Of a DNA stretch of 64,000 nt, positions 10,173 to 19,708 are shown piece after piece. Every line of letters begins with the position of its first letter. The stretch's first letter is position 1. The notes under the pieces were generated by a model. It worked only from the letters and a program-made list of their open reading frames with translations, was not told the DNA's origin and searched no databases. Origin of the DNA: a virus (taxonomy: Duplodnaviria > Caudoviricetes); the IMG/VR virus record IMGVR_UViG_3300023213_000432, positions 128,001 to 192,000 of that record; one strand, 5' to 3'. Made by a program: the position numbers and the translations under genes.

Positions 10173-10615
10173 GGATTATTAAAACTGTTAATAAAGCAGT
10201 TGAAGAAACTGATAATATATTTTGTAACAAATGTGGTAAATCTTGCTATAGCGAGGTTGCTTATGGTGGATTGATTGGAGCCAAAGTGAAAGGTGGATAT
10301 TGTTCTAAATTCATCGGAGACGGCGACAATTATCAATTCGACATTTGCGAAAAATGTTTTAAAGAATATGCTGACACTTTTGTTATACCAGCAAAGGTAG
10401 GTAATTTTTATTTTCCCGAAGAAGCAGAACAAGCTCAAAAAGATGTGCAAGCTTCTCTCAATCAACTCAAAAATGCTCTTCAAGAGACGGCAGAAACCAT
10501 TAAAGATCGTTTGGGAATTAATGAGGGATTTGTTAAGTTTGACGACAGCTTGGAAAATAATAAAGAAAAAGTTAAACAGATAGTGATGGGTTGGTTGGAA
10601 AAGGACAAGAAATAA
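10169..10615 (+). CDS. hypothetical protein with Zn-finger-like Cys pairs
   Basis: FCNKCG...DICEKC; translationally coupled to the previous gene. Confidence 0.6.
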   Translation: MRIIKTVNKAVEETDNIFCNKCGKSCYSEVAYGGLIGAKVKGGYCSKFIGDGDNYQFDICEKCFKEYADTFVIPAKVGNFYFPEEAEQAQKDVQASLNQLKNALQETAETIKDRLGINEGFVKFDDSLENNKEKVKQIVMGWLEKDKK

Positions 10616-10938
10616 AAATCATGATTTCTTCTTTAATTGAAGGTATTAAATTCAATATCAAAAAATATGATTATATTTTGATTTTTCAAGCCACCACCCC
10701 GGTGATGGGTTTCGATGAGGAAAAGAAGACTCAATATAAATATGATCTGGTAATGTCAGATTTAACTTTGTATGCCAGCACTTCTCAAATGCAAATGGAA
10801 ACGGCTCTGTGTCATTGGGGGCGAGCCTATGTCAGCGAAGACGGTGTTAAAGTATTGATTGGGGTAATTCGAGATCATTTCAAGAATTTGCCAATAAAAG
10901 ATTTGGCGGATGTAACGAAGACAGTAATTAGTAATTGA
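10591..10938 (+). CDS. hypothetical protein (likely start 10621)
   Basis: ORF track; AAGGA upstream of ATG 10621. Confidence 0.55.
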   Translation: MVGKGQEIKIMISSLIEGIKFNIKKYDYILIFQATTPVMGFDEEKKTQYKYDLVMSDLTLYASTSQMQMETALCHWGRAYVSEDGVKVLIGVIRDHFKNLPIKDLADVTKTVISN

Positions 10939-11018
10939 CAAGTGGTGAAGTGTGGATATGAAAGGTGTGGGTCTAGTACTAGTCCCCGGTAGTTTTAGTT
11001 AGAAGAACATCGTCAATT

Positions 11019-11038
11019 ATTGCTCAGTTCGCTGAGAC
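11019..11038 (+). repeat. dispersed hairpin motif copy 1
   Basis: ATTG-CTCAG-TTCG-CTGAG-AC. Confidence 0.85.
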
Positions 11039-11113
11039 TCTGCTGGACTTGGGTATTCTATGATACAGTAGAATTTTTTTATTGGGGGTGGGTACTATTA
11101 TAGATCGCGTAAT

Positions 11114-11452
11114 ATGTTTCGATCTTGCAGTATTACATCCAGATCTAACATACCTGTAATTAGTCAAGAGAGACCGAATTATGAGTATGAAGTTACTATC
11201 GTGGATGATGATTTTTTTGAAACCAAAACTGTTTTTGCCAACGTCGCTACTGAGGCAGCCGCCATCGCATTGATCGATATTTACTCTCAAAAAAATCTCA
11301 ACGTAGCTGGCAATCTAGCGTTGTTGATGCGATATGTAGAACATAATTTTCCAGCGTTAGATATTAACTTGCAAATCAGGGCATACCAAAATAATATTCC
11401 TGAATATTCAAAATACCATGATCAAGTAATGGGTTATCTGGTGTTTTTATGA
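11114..11452 (+). CDS. dispersed paralog family protein, copy 2
   Basis: Family motifs present; divergent N-terminus. Confidence 0.85.
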   Translation: MFRSCSITSRSNIPVISQERPNYEYEVTIVDDDFFETKTVFANVATEAAAIALIDIYSQKNLNVAGNLALLMRYVEHNFPALDINLQIRAYQNNIPEYSKYHDQVMGYLVFL

Positions 11453-11476
11453 AAGTTATTAGATATTAGTAAAAAA

Positions 11477-11806
11477 ATGTTTCGATCTTTTAATTATAAA
11501 TACTTTGGATATAACGGTGAAAAACTTCATCGATATCAAGTTATCATTGTGGATGATGATTTTATTGAAACTGCCACCGTGTTTGCCGTCGCTCCCGGAA
11601 GCATCGCCACTGAAGCCGCTGCCCTGATCGATATTTATTCTCGAAGAAATCTTAATGTGGCTAGTAACTTGGCACTGTTGATGCAATATACAGAACATGT
11701 ATGTCCATGGATAGATATTAAGTGGCAAATCGAGTGTTATCAAAAAGAAATTCCTGAATACCAGAAATACCACGATCAAATAATGGATTATTTAATATTT
11801 TTGTGA
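11477..11806 (+). CDS. dispersed paralog family protein, copy 3
   Basis: Family motifs; tandem with copy 2. Confidence 0.85.
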   Translation: MFRSFNYKYFGYNGEKLHRYQVIIVDDDFIETATVFAVAPGSIATEAAALIDIYSRRNLNVASNLALLMQYTEHVCPWIDIKWQIECYQKEIPEYQKYHDQIMDYLIFL

Positions 11807-11879
11807 AGCGCGATATGGCAAACAAGCCTTGACAGTTTTCTTGTTGGGTGTTATATAGATGTTCATGAGGGCAAGATAA

Positions 11880-12269
11880 ATGCCGTTTGATAACAATTTT
11901 TATTATCCACATTATGATCCTAGAGTTCGTGTTTCTAGTTTCGCTGATAACCAAGATGTAGATCTTATTGTTGGGAAAATGCTCCGGCAATTGTTACCAT
12001 TTGACGGTCAGCAATTAAATGATAAAACAGTTCTAGCCATGCAAAGTATTGTTGAGCAGTCGGTTTATGACATTTCTCGTCTTGGTGGAAACGGTGATTA
12101 CGTTCGTGGCGTTGCTGATAAACTATCTTTTAACGGACGTCCAATAAGTTATTGGCTTTCATATCTTGGTGTTGATATTCGGCGTGTTTATAACTCTCCA
12201 ATCCAAGAATCCCCAGAGGATACTTATTGCTTGAAGTGCGATAAGGAGTGTCCTTGCGAGTGTAAGTAA
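11880..12269 (+). CDS. hypothetical protein
   Basis: 129-aa ORF, C-terminal CLKC..CPC; TTGACA at 11829 and TATATA at 11852 upstream. Confidence 0.6.
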   Translation: MPFDNNFYYPHYDPRVRVSSFADNQDVDLIVGKMLRQLLPFDGQQLNDKTVLAMQSIVEQSVYDISRLGGNGDYVRGVADKLSFNGRPISYWLSYLGVDIRRVYNSPIQESPEDTYCLKCDKECPCECK

Positions 12270-12326
12270 AGAAAAATTAAATTGTCTCAAATTATTTTAG
12301 AATAACATCATTTAAGGGAAATTGAA

Positions 12327-13823
12327 ATGAGTTTAACCATCGAAGTTTTACCATCCAATAAAATATTTTCTGAGTTAGAAAACAATACTACCAGTTTCTT
12401 CCATCTATTATCAGAACTTGTTGATAACTCAATTGCTGCTATGGTGGATGGGTTATGCAGCATCTCTATAGAGATTGTTGCAGATTGGTCGAGCAAAAAG
12501 AAATTTTATGAGACAGGACAAATTATTGTTCATGATGATGCTGGCGGTATCTCTAGATCGGAAATCGGACAAGCTATTTCACCAGCAGCAAACGCTTGTA
12601 AAAACCCAAATTCTCTTAATAGGCATGGTATAGGCGGTAAAATAACTATTATGTCTGTAGGCACTAAATTAGACGAGAAATCGGGATTTTTAACAGGAGT
12701 TGAAATTACCACAAAAACAAAGTCGGACGACCAGATTACCAAAATTGATCAGATTGGATTTGGAAAAATCCCTTACTCTACTATCAATGATAATAACATT
12801 TTTCCTAAAGGACATGGAACAAGAATTACAATCAAAAATTTAAAACCGATCGTTTATTGTAGAAAATCGGATTATACACAAATCATAATTCCATTATTGG
12901 GACATAGGTATCAACTTTATTTGAATGGCTCCTTAAACAAGAAGGTAAAAATAACCCTCAAACTATTGGATATGGATAGTAACCCAATTGTAAATGCGAA
13001 GGGCAATCTCCAAGTATTCGAAATTGTTCCGATAACACCGGTTTTTCAAGGCGGCTCACCTATTTTAGATACGGTTTTGCACCCTAACAAAGACAACAAA
13101 AAAGGTTGGAGAGCACATATGAGATTTGGGTGGAGTCCAAGCAAAGAGGCATTGGCCGAAATTGGAACTGATAAAGATCAATGTAGATTATTTGTCAAAA
13201 AGAATTCTCCATATTATATCGACAATCGAAAAATAGATCTTATTACGAATGGTGTGGTAATTTGTCAGGTTGGATATGATTGGTTATCACCATTTAAAGG
13301 AGAAGAAACCATTGAAAGAGATTGGCGCGGTAACAGCCCAAGGCTAATTATTACTCTTGAAAATGGTTTCCAAACCACCATCACAAAAGATGCTTTCGTT
13401 GATGATGATAATTTAAAAACACTCAAGAAAATAGTTCTTGAGCGTATTAAGAAATATGCCAATACTGATAAAAGTAGGATAAAAGAAAGCGAAGAAGAGA
13501 CAAAGAATAGAGTAGAGGCTATGTTGTTGGAGACCTGTGAAAATGTTAAAAGAGAGCCCACCATCGGAAGTTATGGGCTTAGGGCTGATTTTTCACTAAA
13601 AAAGAAAGGGGCACCTCAAATCTGGGAATGTAAAATACAACAAGCTAGCGTTTCAGATGTAATACAACTAGTAGGATATCTAAAGCTTGATGGCTGTTTA
13701 AATGGCAAATTGATAGCGCCAGATTTTAGCGACAATGCCAGAAACCTTGTGAAAGATTGCTCAGACATTTTCGGAGTAAACGTAGAATTAACTTCCTATA
13801 AAGATCTCGGACTTCAACTATAA
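12327..13823 (+). CDS. GHKL (MORC/Hsp90-like) ATPase fused to a C-terminal restriction-endonuclease-like domain
   Basis: ELVDNS (N box), HDDAGGI, RHGIGGK, HGTRITI; C-terminal ADF...IWECK...Q..GY. Confidence 0.75.
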   Translation: MSLTIEVLPSNKIFSELENNTTSFFHLLSELVDNSIAAMVDGLCSISIEIVADWSSKKKFYETGQIIVHDDAGGISRSEIGQAISPAANACKNPNSLNRHGIGGKITIMSVGTKLDEKSGFLTGVEITTKTKSDDQITKIDQIGFGKIPYSTINDNNIFPKGHGTRITIKNLKPIVYCRKSDYTQIIIPLLGHRYQLYLNGSLNKKVKITLKLLDMDSNPIVNAKGNLQVFEIVPITPVFQGGSPILDTVLHPNKDNKKGWRAHMRFGWSPSKEALAEIGTDKDQCRLFVKKNSPYYIDNRKIDLITNGVVICQVGYDWLSPFKGEETIERDWRGNSPRLIITLENGFQTTITKDAFVDDDNLKTLKKIVLERIKKYANTDKSRIKESEEETKNRVEAMLLETCENVKREPTIGSYGLRADFSLKKKGAPQIWECKIQQASVSDVIQLVGYLKLDGCLNGKLIAPDFSDNARNLVKDCSDIFGVNVELTSYKDLGLQL

Positions 13824-13827
13824 TAAA

Positions 13828-15708
13828 ATGAAATTTTATCATCTTCTTTTCTTCTTCCTCACCAGTTGCGGAGCCCTCACCCTCTTCTCTCCCGTTCCTG
13901 CTCCCATCCAGCCTCGCCCTATCCAATATCTTTCGGGCTCCTCTTTTCATCCCGAAATTACCAATGGGCTTTCTAACGAAGACCGCGGCACTTACTATCA
14001 CTTTGATGAAGGGATTCAGTGGCTTCCCACTGATGTTATGCTTTCATTGAAACGTCCCTCTTCTAACGTGTTTAAGGTAATGGATGAATTACTGTTAGCT
14101 AAGCCAGAACGTTTTGGTCTTCTCCCCAATTACATTGATGTGCTTTATCCTAACCAACTTAATCCACAAGCGGACATCCCTTTAGGAATTACTATTTCCA
14201 CCAACACCGATTATGTTCCTATGTCCGGAATATCATGCAGCTCATGTCATACTACCATTATTTCTAATTCCGAAGGACATTTCTTCTTAGTTGATGGGGC
14301 TCCTTCTCGTTTTGCGGTAGATCGTTTCGTGGCGGAAATGGTCAAATCTTTGGCGGCTACTTTGGCTAATCCAGTAGAATTTGAAGCCTTTTATGAGCGC
14401 TTTAAAGCTCGTCTTCATTTTGGAATGGGGGAAAGTTATGATCGATTAATATTGCTCAGTTCGCTGAGACTCAAAGATCATCCTGACCTTAAGGCTCTAG
14501 CTCCAGTAGTAGAAAAAGCCTTTAATACCAATGATTGTCAAGAATTGCAAACCAAACTTTCTACTATTTCTAATCCCATTACCTATCGTTTTCAGCGTTT
14601 TACAACCCTTGATTCTGCCTATCCAACTTATGCTATGCTTGGCAATCAACAGGGAATGTATTTCTATTTGGTCAAGCGTTTCATCTTCTTGTTGGAACAA
14701 ACGAAATATGGAACGGCTGACAAAGATTCTTTGGTGGCAGAAAGTGGATTGGGGCGAGCTAACCCATGGAGTGTAGCAAAGAAACTCATCTCCGATAAAT
14801 ATTTCCATCTCAAAAACGCAGTCCATGTAGAAGGTGGGCCAGTAAGCACTCCCTATATGTGGGATTATGATCGCCAAACTTGGGTCTTTTGGAGCGGAAC
14901 CACTAACTCTATGCTGGAACGCAATTTGGCTCAATGCACTACTCTTTTGACCGATTTTAATGAGAAAACTTACGAGACCACCTGCTCCGTCAAGAAACTT
15001 CAGGACATTTCTTATTATGCTCAAAAAATTCAAGCTCCCAAGTGGCCCGAAGCAATTTTAGGCAGCATCGATACCGATAAAGCTAATAAGGGCAAAATCA
15101 TCTTTCAGGATAAATGTTTAAATTGCCATGATCCCAAAGCTTCTTATACTCTCACCGGAACCGCTTCTTATACCTATATAAGTGTTGGAACTGATCCTAA
15201 CTATATTCAAGGACAACTGGAATTAATTAATAAGAAAGATATTTTTACTGGTATGATTGCACCATGGATTAATCATGTAAAGGAAGTAGCCGCCCTTCAA
15301 ATAGAAGGTTTAATTTATATAGATTTGTTAAATTATGAGAATGGAAGATTGCCAGCTACATGGCGCAGTCCAGAGTTGAATCGAATCGAAGCGAAACCAC
15401 TTGCTGGTGTCTGGGCTACTGCACCTTATCTTCATAATGGAAGCGTGCCCACTATTTGGGATTTATTGCAACCAGTGGATCAGCGCCCCCATCGATTTCA
15501 TATTGGCGGGTTTGTTTATGATACCAAAAAGCTTGGATATATTGGAGATGAGAATTTGCCGGATGGATTTGAGTTCGAGGTAAATTGTTTGCATTGTCAA
15601 GGGAATAGCAATCAAGGACATGAATTTGGTACCGAGCTAAGTTCGGAAGATAAATGGAACTTGATTGAATTTCTCAAGTCCTATAATAATGAGACAACAT
15701 TTAAATGA
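13828..15708 (+). CDS. di-heme cytochrome c lipoprotein (RoxA / cytochrome c peroxidase-like)
   Basis: Lipobox LTSCG; heme motifs CSSCH and CLNCH; KPLAGVWATAPYLHNGSVPT signature. Confidence 0.8.
   Translation: MKFYHLLFFFLTSCGALTLFSPVPAPIQPRPIQYLSGSSFHPEITNGLSNEDRGTYYHFDEGIQWLPTDVMLSLKRPSSNVFKVMDELLLAKPERFGLLPNYIDVLYPNQLNPQADIPLGITISTNTDYVPMSGISCSSCHTTIISNSEGHFFLVDGAPSRFAVDRFVAEMVKSLAATLANPVEFEAFYERFKARLHFGMGESYDRLILLSSLRLKDHPDLKALAPVVEKAFNTNDCQELQTKLSTISNPITYRFQRFTTLDSAYPTYAMLGNQQGMYFYLVKRFIFLLEQTKYGTADKDSLVAESGLGRANPWSVAKKLISDKYFHLKNAVHVEGGPVSTPYMWDYDRQTWVFWSGTTNSMLERNLAQCTTLLTDFNEKTYETTCSVKKLQDISYYAQKIQAPKWPEAILGSIDTDKANKGKIIFQDKCLNCHDPKASYTLTGTASYTYISVGTDPNYIQGQLELINKKDIFTGMIAPWINHVKEVAALQIEGLIYIDLLNYENGRLPATWRSPELNRIEAKPLAGVWATAPYLHNGSVPTIWDLLQPVDQRPHRFHIGGFVYDTKKLGYIGDENLPDGFEFEVNCLHCQGNSNQGHEFGTELSSEDKWNLIEFLKSYNNETTFK
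14451..14470 (+). repeat. dispersed hairpin motif copy 2 (inside CDS)
   Basis: 23 nt (TATTGCTCAGTTCGCTGAGACTC) identical to copy 1. Confidence 0.85.
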
Positions 15709-15926
15709 ATTTCTGCGATTTTTGTCCTTGTGAATCTTGTAAGTTTGGAGACAAACATCTCTCGCACGCCCAAACAGATGATGGTAAATGGATCTGCGAC
15801 GTATGCTGGCGTTATGAAATTTGTATGGAAACCAAGATGGCATTACTTGGAAAACATGATGGGCCTTGTGATAATTTGGATTGTGAGCACCGACCTAAAT
15901 TGATAACAGAATGGAAAAAATTATGA
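15705..15926 (+). CDS. small Cys-rich hypothetical protein
   Basis: CDFCPCESC, CDVC, CDNLDCEH. Confidence 0.6.
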   Translation: MNFCDFCPCESCKFGDKHLSHAQTDDGKWICDVCWRYEICMETKMALLGKHDGPCDNLDCEHRPKLITEWKKL

Positions 15927-16129
15927 TTAAATCATCGAAACAGATTACTCCAGAAATAATTGAATCTTATATTGCTGAAATGGAATTAGAAGTGAAACGT
16001 AGAAAAAAATTGAGTTCTTCTTGGAAAAAAGGTAAACCGCCTATGATTTTCGATGGCAATGACTTAGCTATTAATACTTATGAAGAAATGATTAGAGTTC
16101 TTAAGACGCTGATTGATAATAAGACATGA
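15911..16129 (+). CDS. hypothetical protein
   Basis: ORF track; tiles with neighbours. Confidence 0.5.
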   Translation: MEKIMIKSSKQITPEIIESYIAEMELEVKRRKKLSSSWKKGKPPMIFDGNDLAINTYEEMIRVLKTLIDNKT

Positions 16130-16147
16130 AGCGATTTAGGAATTGGA

Positions 16148-16585
16148 ATGTTTGATATTGAACAAATCATCGATAAATTAAATATCGCTAAAGAGGATAC
16201 TCCTGAGCAAAGAGAAGCAAAAATTGAAGCCGTCCTTGGCGTTTCTATTGAGAAGATGAGGCAAGCCTTGGAAAAGAAAATCCAAGAGCAAGCTGATAAG
16301 TTAGTGCCTGATTTGATTAATGTGGCGCCATATGGAGATTATGGCAACCTAATAGAAGACAGTGATAAAATTATTGGGTTTCTCAAAGAAGAGGCGTCCC
16401 AAGCTAAAAACTGGAAAATTACTGCCATTACTCTAGATGGAGGGGAACGTCTTGGAGAAAGTGATGGTTTCGGATTTAGTTTTGTCAATACTGCGGTAGA
16501 TGAAGGAGATCTTTTATACGGACGTGTATTTGTGGGAGGCGGCGGGGAAATTAGACATGTGATGGTATATGTGGATGATATATAA
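16148..16585 (+). CDS. hypothetical protein
   Basis: 145-aa ORF with AGGA upstream. Confidence 0.6.
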   Translation: MFDIEQIIDKLNIAKEDTPEQREAKIEAVLGVSIEKMRQALEKKIQEQADKLVPDLINVAPYGDYGNLIEDSDKIIGFLKEEASQAKNWKITAITLDGGERLGESDGFGFSFVNTAVDEGDLLYGRVFVGGGGEIRHVMVYVDDI

Positions 16586-16588
16586 GAT

Positions 16589-16867
16589 TTGGAAGGAAGA
16601 TTCATGAAATTTATCGAGTTAAAGTTCGAACGACATCCACTGGGCATAGACGGTGTTCAAGCACGCGTGACGTTTGCCAATGGCTATGGCGCCTCCGTCA
16701 TTAAGTACCCGTATTCATATGGTGCCGAAGAAGGGTTGTATGAACTCGCGGTTTTCGGCAAGGACGGACAACTTACCTACGACACGCCGATCACTGATGA
16801 CGTGATTGGGTATCTCACGCCGGAAGAAGTTGAGGAACTTCTCGATCGAATCGAGGACTTATCATGA
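16589..16867 (+). CDS. conserved phage hypothetical protein (likely start 16603)
   Basis: FANGYGASVI..YSYG...GLYELAV pattern recalled from phage proteins. Confidence 0.6.
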   Translation: MEGRFMKFIELKFERHPLGIDGVQARVTFANGYGASVIKYPYSYGAEEGLYELAVFGKDGQLTYDTPITDDVIGYLTPEEVEELLDRIEDLS

Positions 16868-17901
16868 AATCTATTCATTATTTAGTGCTTGGCTTATTGT
16901 TGCTGATTGGGTGTCCCGGAGAAGTTGTTAATCCTGATGGCGGTAGCTTGGGCGATGCTATGGATGTAGTAGATGCGGGAATGGAAGCAGATGCATCTGG
17001 AGATAGTCAGGTGAAAGATGTGATAAGTGAAGGGGACGGAGGATTGAATTTTGATTTCTGGTCTTGTGGCAACGAGCCCATTTCATATCACGATGGCCCG
17101 GTCATGGTTGAACCAATTAAAATTTTTGTATTATGGTATGGCAATTGGATTAATAACAATAAAACGGTGCCAATTGTCGAACAATTTATCATTGACCTTA
17201 ATGGAAGTCCGTGGTTTAGCACCACTTCTACCTACTATGAAACTCTTCCTATAGATATGATTGCTCCTGCTCAGGGCGTTATGGGACGTGCCTATGCTAC
17301 CAACAATTTGATTTTAACCAAAAGTGTTTTTATTAGCAGCGCCACTCATGGAAACAATCTTTCAATGTCAGATGTGTTCGCTATTGTTACAGATGCAATT
17401 AATGACCAATCTGTTCCAAATGATCCTACAGCGGCGTATTTAGTTTTGACTAGTTCTGATATTAACCAATATGATGGATTTGAGAGCGCCTGTCAAGCAT
17501 ATTGTGGTTTTCATAACCATAAAATTTACAACGCTGTAGATGTCAAATTTGCATGGATTGGAGATCCTGCTCGTTGCTTAGATGTATGTTCAGCAAAATC
17601 CAAATATGACCTTTATGGTATTTCTCATTCGCCGAACTTTGATTGGAGTGCAGACGCTATGGTTTCTGTGATTGCGCATGAACTGACAGAAATAATTACA
17701 GACTATGCTTACGATACAGCTCCAGCATGGACAGATAGATATGGATGGGAAAATGCAGATAAAGGCGCATGGACATTTGGACAAGTCTATAAAACTGATA
17801 GCGGATCAGTTGCTAATGTTCATTTAGGTGATCGAGATTATCTACTTCAACAGAATTGGACATTGTTTGATGGCGGGCAAGGATGTGCATTGCATCCATA
17901 G
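16864..17901 (+). CDS. phosphate-induced protein 1 / EXORDIUM-like domain lipoprotein
   Basis: Lipobox LLIGC; ISYHDGPVM, LWYGNW, YCGFH, VIAHELTE, ENADK.AW.FG, YLLQQNW. Confidence 0.75.
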   Translation: MKSIHYLVLGLLLLIGCPGEVVNPDGGSLGDAMDVVDAGMEADASGDSQVKDVISEGDGGLNFDFWSCGNEPISYHDGPVMVEPIKIFVLWYGNWINNNKTVPIVEQFIIDLNGSPWFSTTSTYYETLPIDMIAPAQGVMGRAYATNNLILTKSVFISSATHGNNLSMSDVFAIVTDAINDQSVPNDPTAAYLVLTSSDINQYDGFESACQAYCGFHNHKIYNAVDVKFAWIGDPARCLDVCSAKSKYDLYGISHSPNFDWSADAMVSVIAHELTEIITDYAYDTAPAWTDRYGWENADKGAWTFGQVYKTDSGSVANVHLGDRDYLLQQNWTLFDGGQGCALHP

Positions 17902-17975
17902 AATTATGCAAATGAACAAATGCACGTCGTATCCAAATGAAGAATTCTGATATTGGCATATCATTTTTAGCCCAA

Positions 17976-19115
17976 TTACAATTCAATACAACAAGGAACA
18001 ACATTATTTATAATATGTTTTTGATTATTATCAAATCTATCTAATCCGTTATAATGGTATATACTATGGTTATTTTTATACCTTTTAACGATATTGGAAT
18101 TAATTGCAGGTTTTCCGCAATACCAACAATCTAATTGCGAGAGCATGTAAAATTGTTCTACAGTTAAATCTCCATCATTGTATCCAACAGATATAAATAT
18201 ACGATTAGCTAACGTTATTAATGGATGCCGCTTTCTAATCGGACAATATGGACATCGTTGGCCGCAAGATCTAGTTGCGCCTTCTTTGAGATGCCCTAAA
18301 CCCTTAATGCAGGGGCTGCCACAATCACATATGCAATTTACCCATGTTTTCTTGTTTTTCCTAAAAGTAGAAAGCACTGTCAAACTGCCATATTTATTTG
18401 AAACATCGTTAATATTAGGTGATATCTTTGTTGGAATGGTAATACCTTGATTTTCAGCGTATTGTAATAATTGGGCAGTTTTAGGACATGCATTAGATTT
18501 CTTTTTACAAAAATTATTTACTTGAATAATCCATTGAATAAATTCTTCCTGACTTTTTTCAGCTTTTGCTCGATTGCAATTAATGCAGGCAGATACAACG
18601 TTATCTAAATTATGTGGCTTGAAACTATTTATCCTATCTAAACCATTGTATATAAACATTCCATTTTCGATGGAGAATTGAGATGATGTCTCAGCGCTTG
18701 GGGTTGAAAATGAATTCCATTTATTGGAAGGTGATTTACCACAGTAAAAACAATTTTGTTGAGATAGTAGATAAAACATCTCAAAAGTTAAATTTCCGTC
18801 TTGATAATTTGTTCTGAAAATTGTTTTAGCGGATGTAATAATAGGATCTTGTTTTCTACTGGTGCTGAATTGGCACCCGCGCCCGCAAGAACCAATTCTT
18901 GCAAGTTTCCAATCCCCGAGGCGCACAATTTTATCAATACCGCATGCACACCGAATCTTAATTGCACTTATTTTATGTCCTCTGTTGTCATAAAGAATAT
19001 GTTCTGTCTCTACGATTTCGCAGCTTTTGTATTTTTCTCCAACAGAACCCAATAATTCCATATTCAATGATATATCACATATTAAAGGCATAAAACAACA
19101 TATTATCAACAACAA
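17976..19115 (-). CDS. double-HNH homing endonuclease-like protein, frameshifted near 3' end (likely start 19061)
   Basis: Two CxYCG..YNGLDR..N..NVV.xC units; the second continues in another frame as CNWAKNDMPISEFFIWI. Confidence 0.75.
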   Translation of the reverse strand: MLLIICCFMPLICDISLNMELLGSVGEKYKSCEIVETEHILYDNRGHKISAIKIRCACGIDKIVRLGDWKLARIGSCGRGCQFSTSRKQDPIITSAKTIFRTNYQDGNLTFEMFYLLSQQNCFYCGKSPSNKWNSFSTPSAETSSQFSIENGMFIYNGLDRINSFKPHNLDNVVSACINCNRAKAEKSQEEFIQWIIQVNNFCKKKSNACPKTAQLLQYAENQGITIPTKISPNINDVSNKYGSLTVLSTFRKNKKTWVNCICDCGSPCIKGLGHLKEGATRSCGQRCPYCPIRKRHPLITLANRIFISVGYNDGDLTVEQFYMLSQLDCWYCGKPAINSNIVKRYKNNHSIYHYNGLDRFDNNQKHIINNVVPCCIEL

Positions 19116-19188
19116 GGGAGTTTAGTTCATTTAGAAGAACGCGACAATAGCATTGTCGATGTGCTGGGAGCGTAGCCCAGAACTTCCA
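19116..19188 (+). tRNA. tRNA-Ala (anticodon AGC), atypical loops
   Basis: Acceptor GGGAGTT/AACTTCC with G3:U70 and A73; D stem GTTC/GAAC; anticodon stem CGACA/TGTCG with loop ATAGCAT; T stem CTGGG/CCCAG. Confidence 0.7.
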
Positions 19189-19248
19189 CTAACTCGCGCT
19201 TATCTCACTTGTTGAGGTAAGTAGATCGAGTAAAAATTATGGCAATTG

Positions 19249-19268
19249 ATTGCTCGGTACGCCGAGAC
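19249..19268 (+). repeat. dispersed hairpin motif copy 3
   Basis: ATTG-CTCGG-TACG-CCGAG-AC. Confidence 0.85.
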
Positions 19269-19339
19269 CGCCACTAGTAGAACACAGACTGGTGGCACTG
19301 CCGAACACTTGATATAGTTGTACTATAGAGAGGAAACTA

Positions 19340-19618
19340 ATGCAACAACTTAGAATTATCATGGAAGCCAACGAGAACGGACTATTGACTGCTGCAAATA
19401 CTAACGTCTATTTGGATGATGAGCGGATTGGACTTATTCAAGACATCAAAATTCATGCAGATGTTTTCAAATCATCTCCTCAAGTAGAAATTACCTTTCC
19501 TATAATTTTACCGGATAATCACCCCTTAAACGATCAGGTAGCTTATTATACTGGAGCACTTTCTGTTTTTCCCAATGTTTTGGTAATGGTTAAAGCGAAT
19601 GAAGATATTCGCCCATAG
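19340..19618 (+). CDS. hypothetical protein
   Basis: 92-aa ORF, GAGG RBS. Confidence 0.6.
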   Translation: MQQLRIIMEANENGLLTAANTNVYLDDERIGLIQDIKIHADVFKSSPQVEITFPIILPDNHPLNDQVAYYTGALSVFPNVLVMVKANEDIRP

Positions 19619-19708
19619 GAATGTATGAATTAGTGAATCGACATTTCCATGCAGATTATTGCCGAGTAGGGAAGCATCCACAGAAATGCAATCATGCACT
19701 AGAATTAT

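Noticed and set aside
14497-15033. Antisense ORF in the cytochrome gene, and similar shadow ORFs across the window
   Set aside because: They overlap well-supported genes and have no motifs or RBS.
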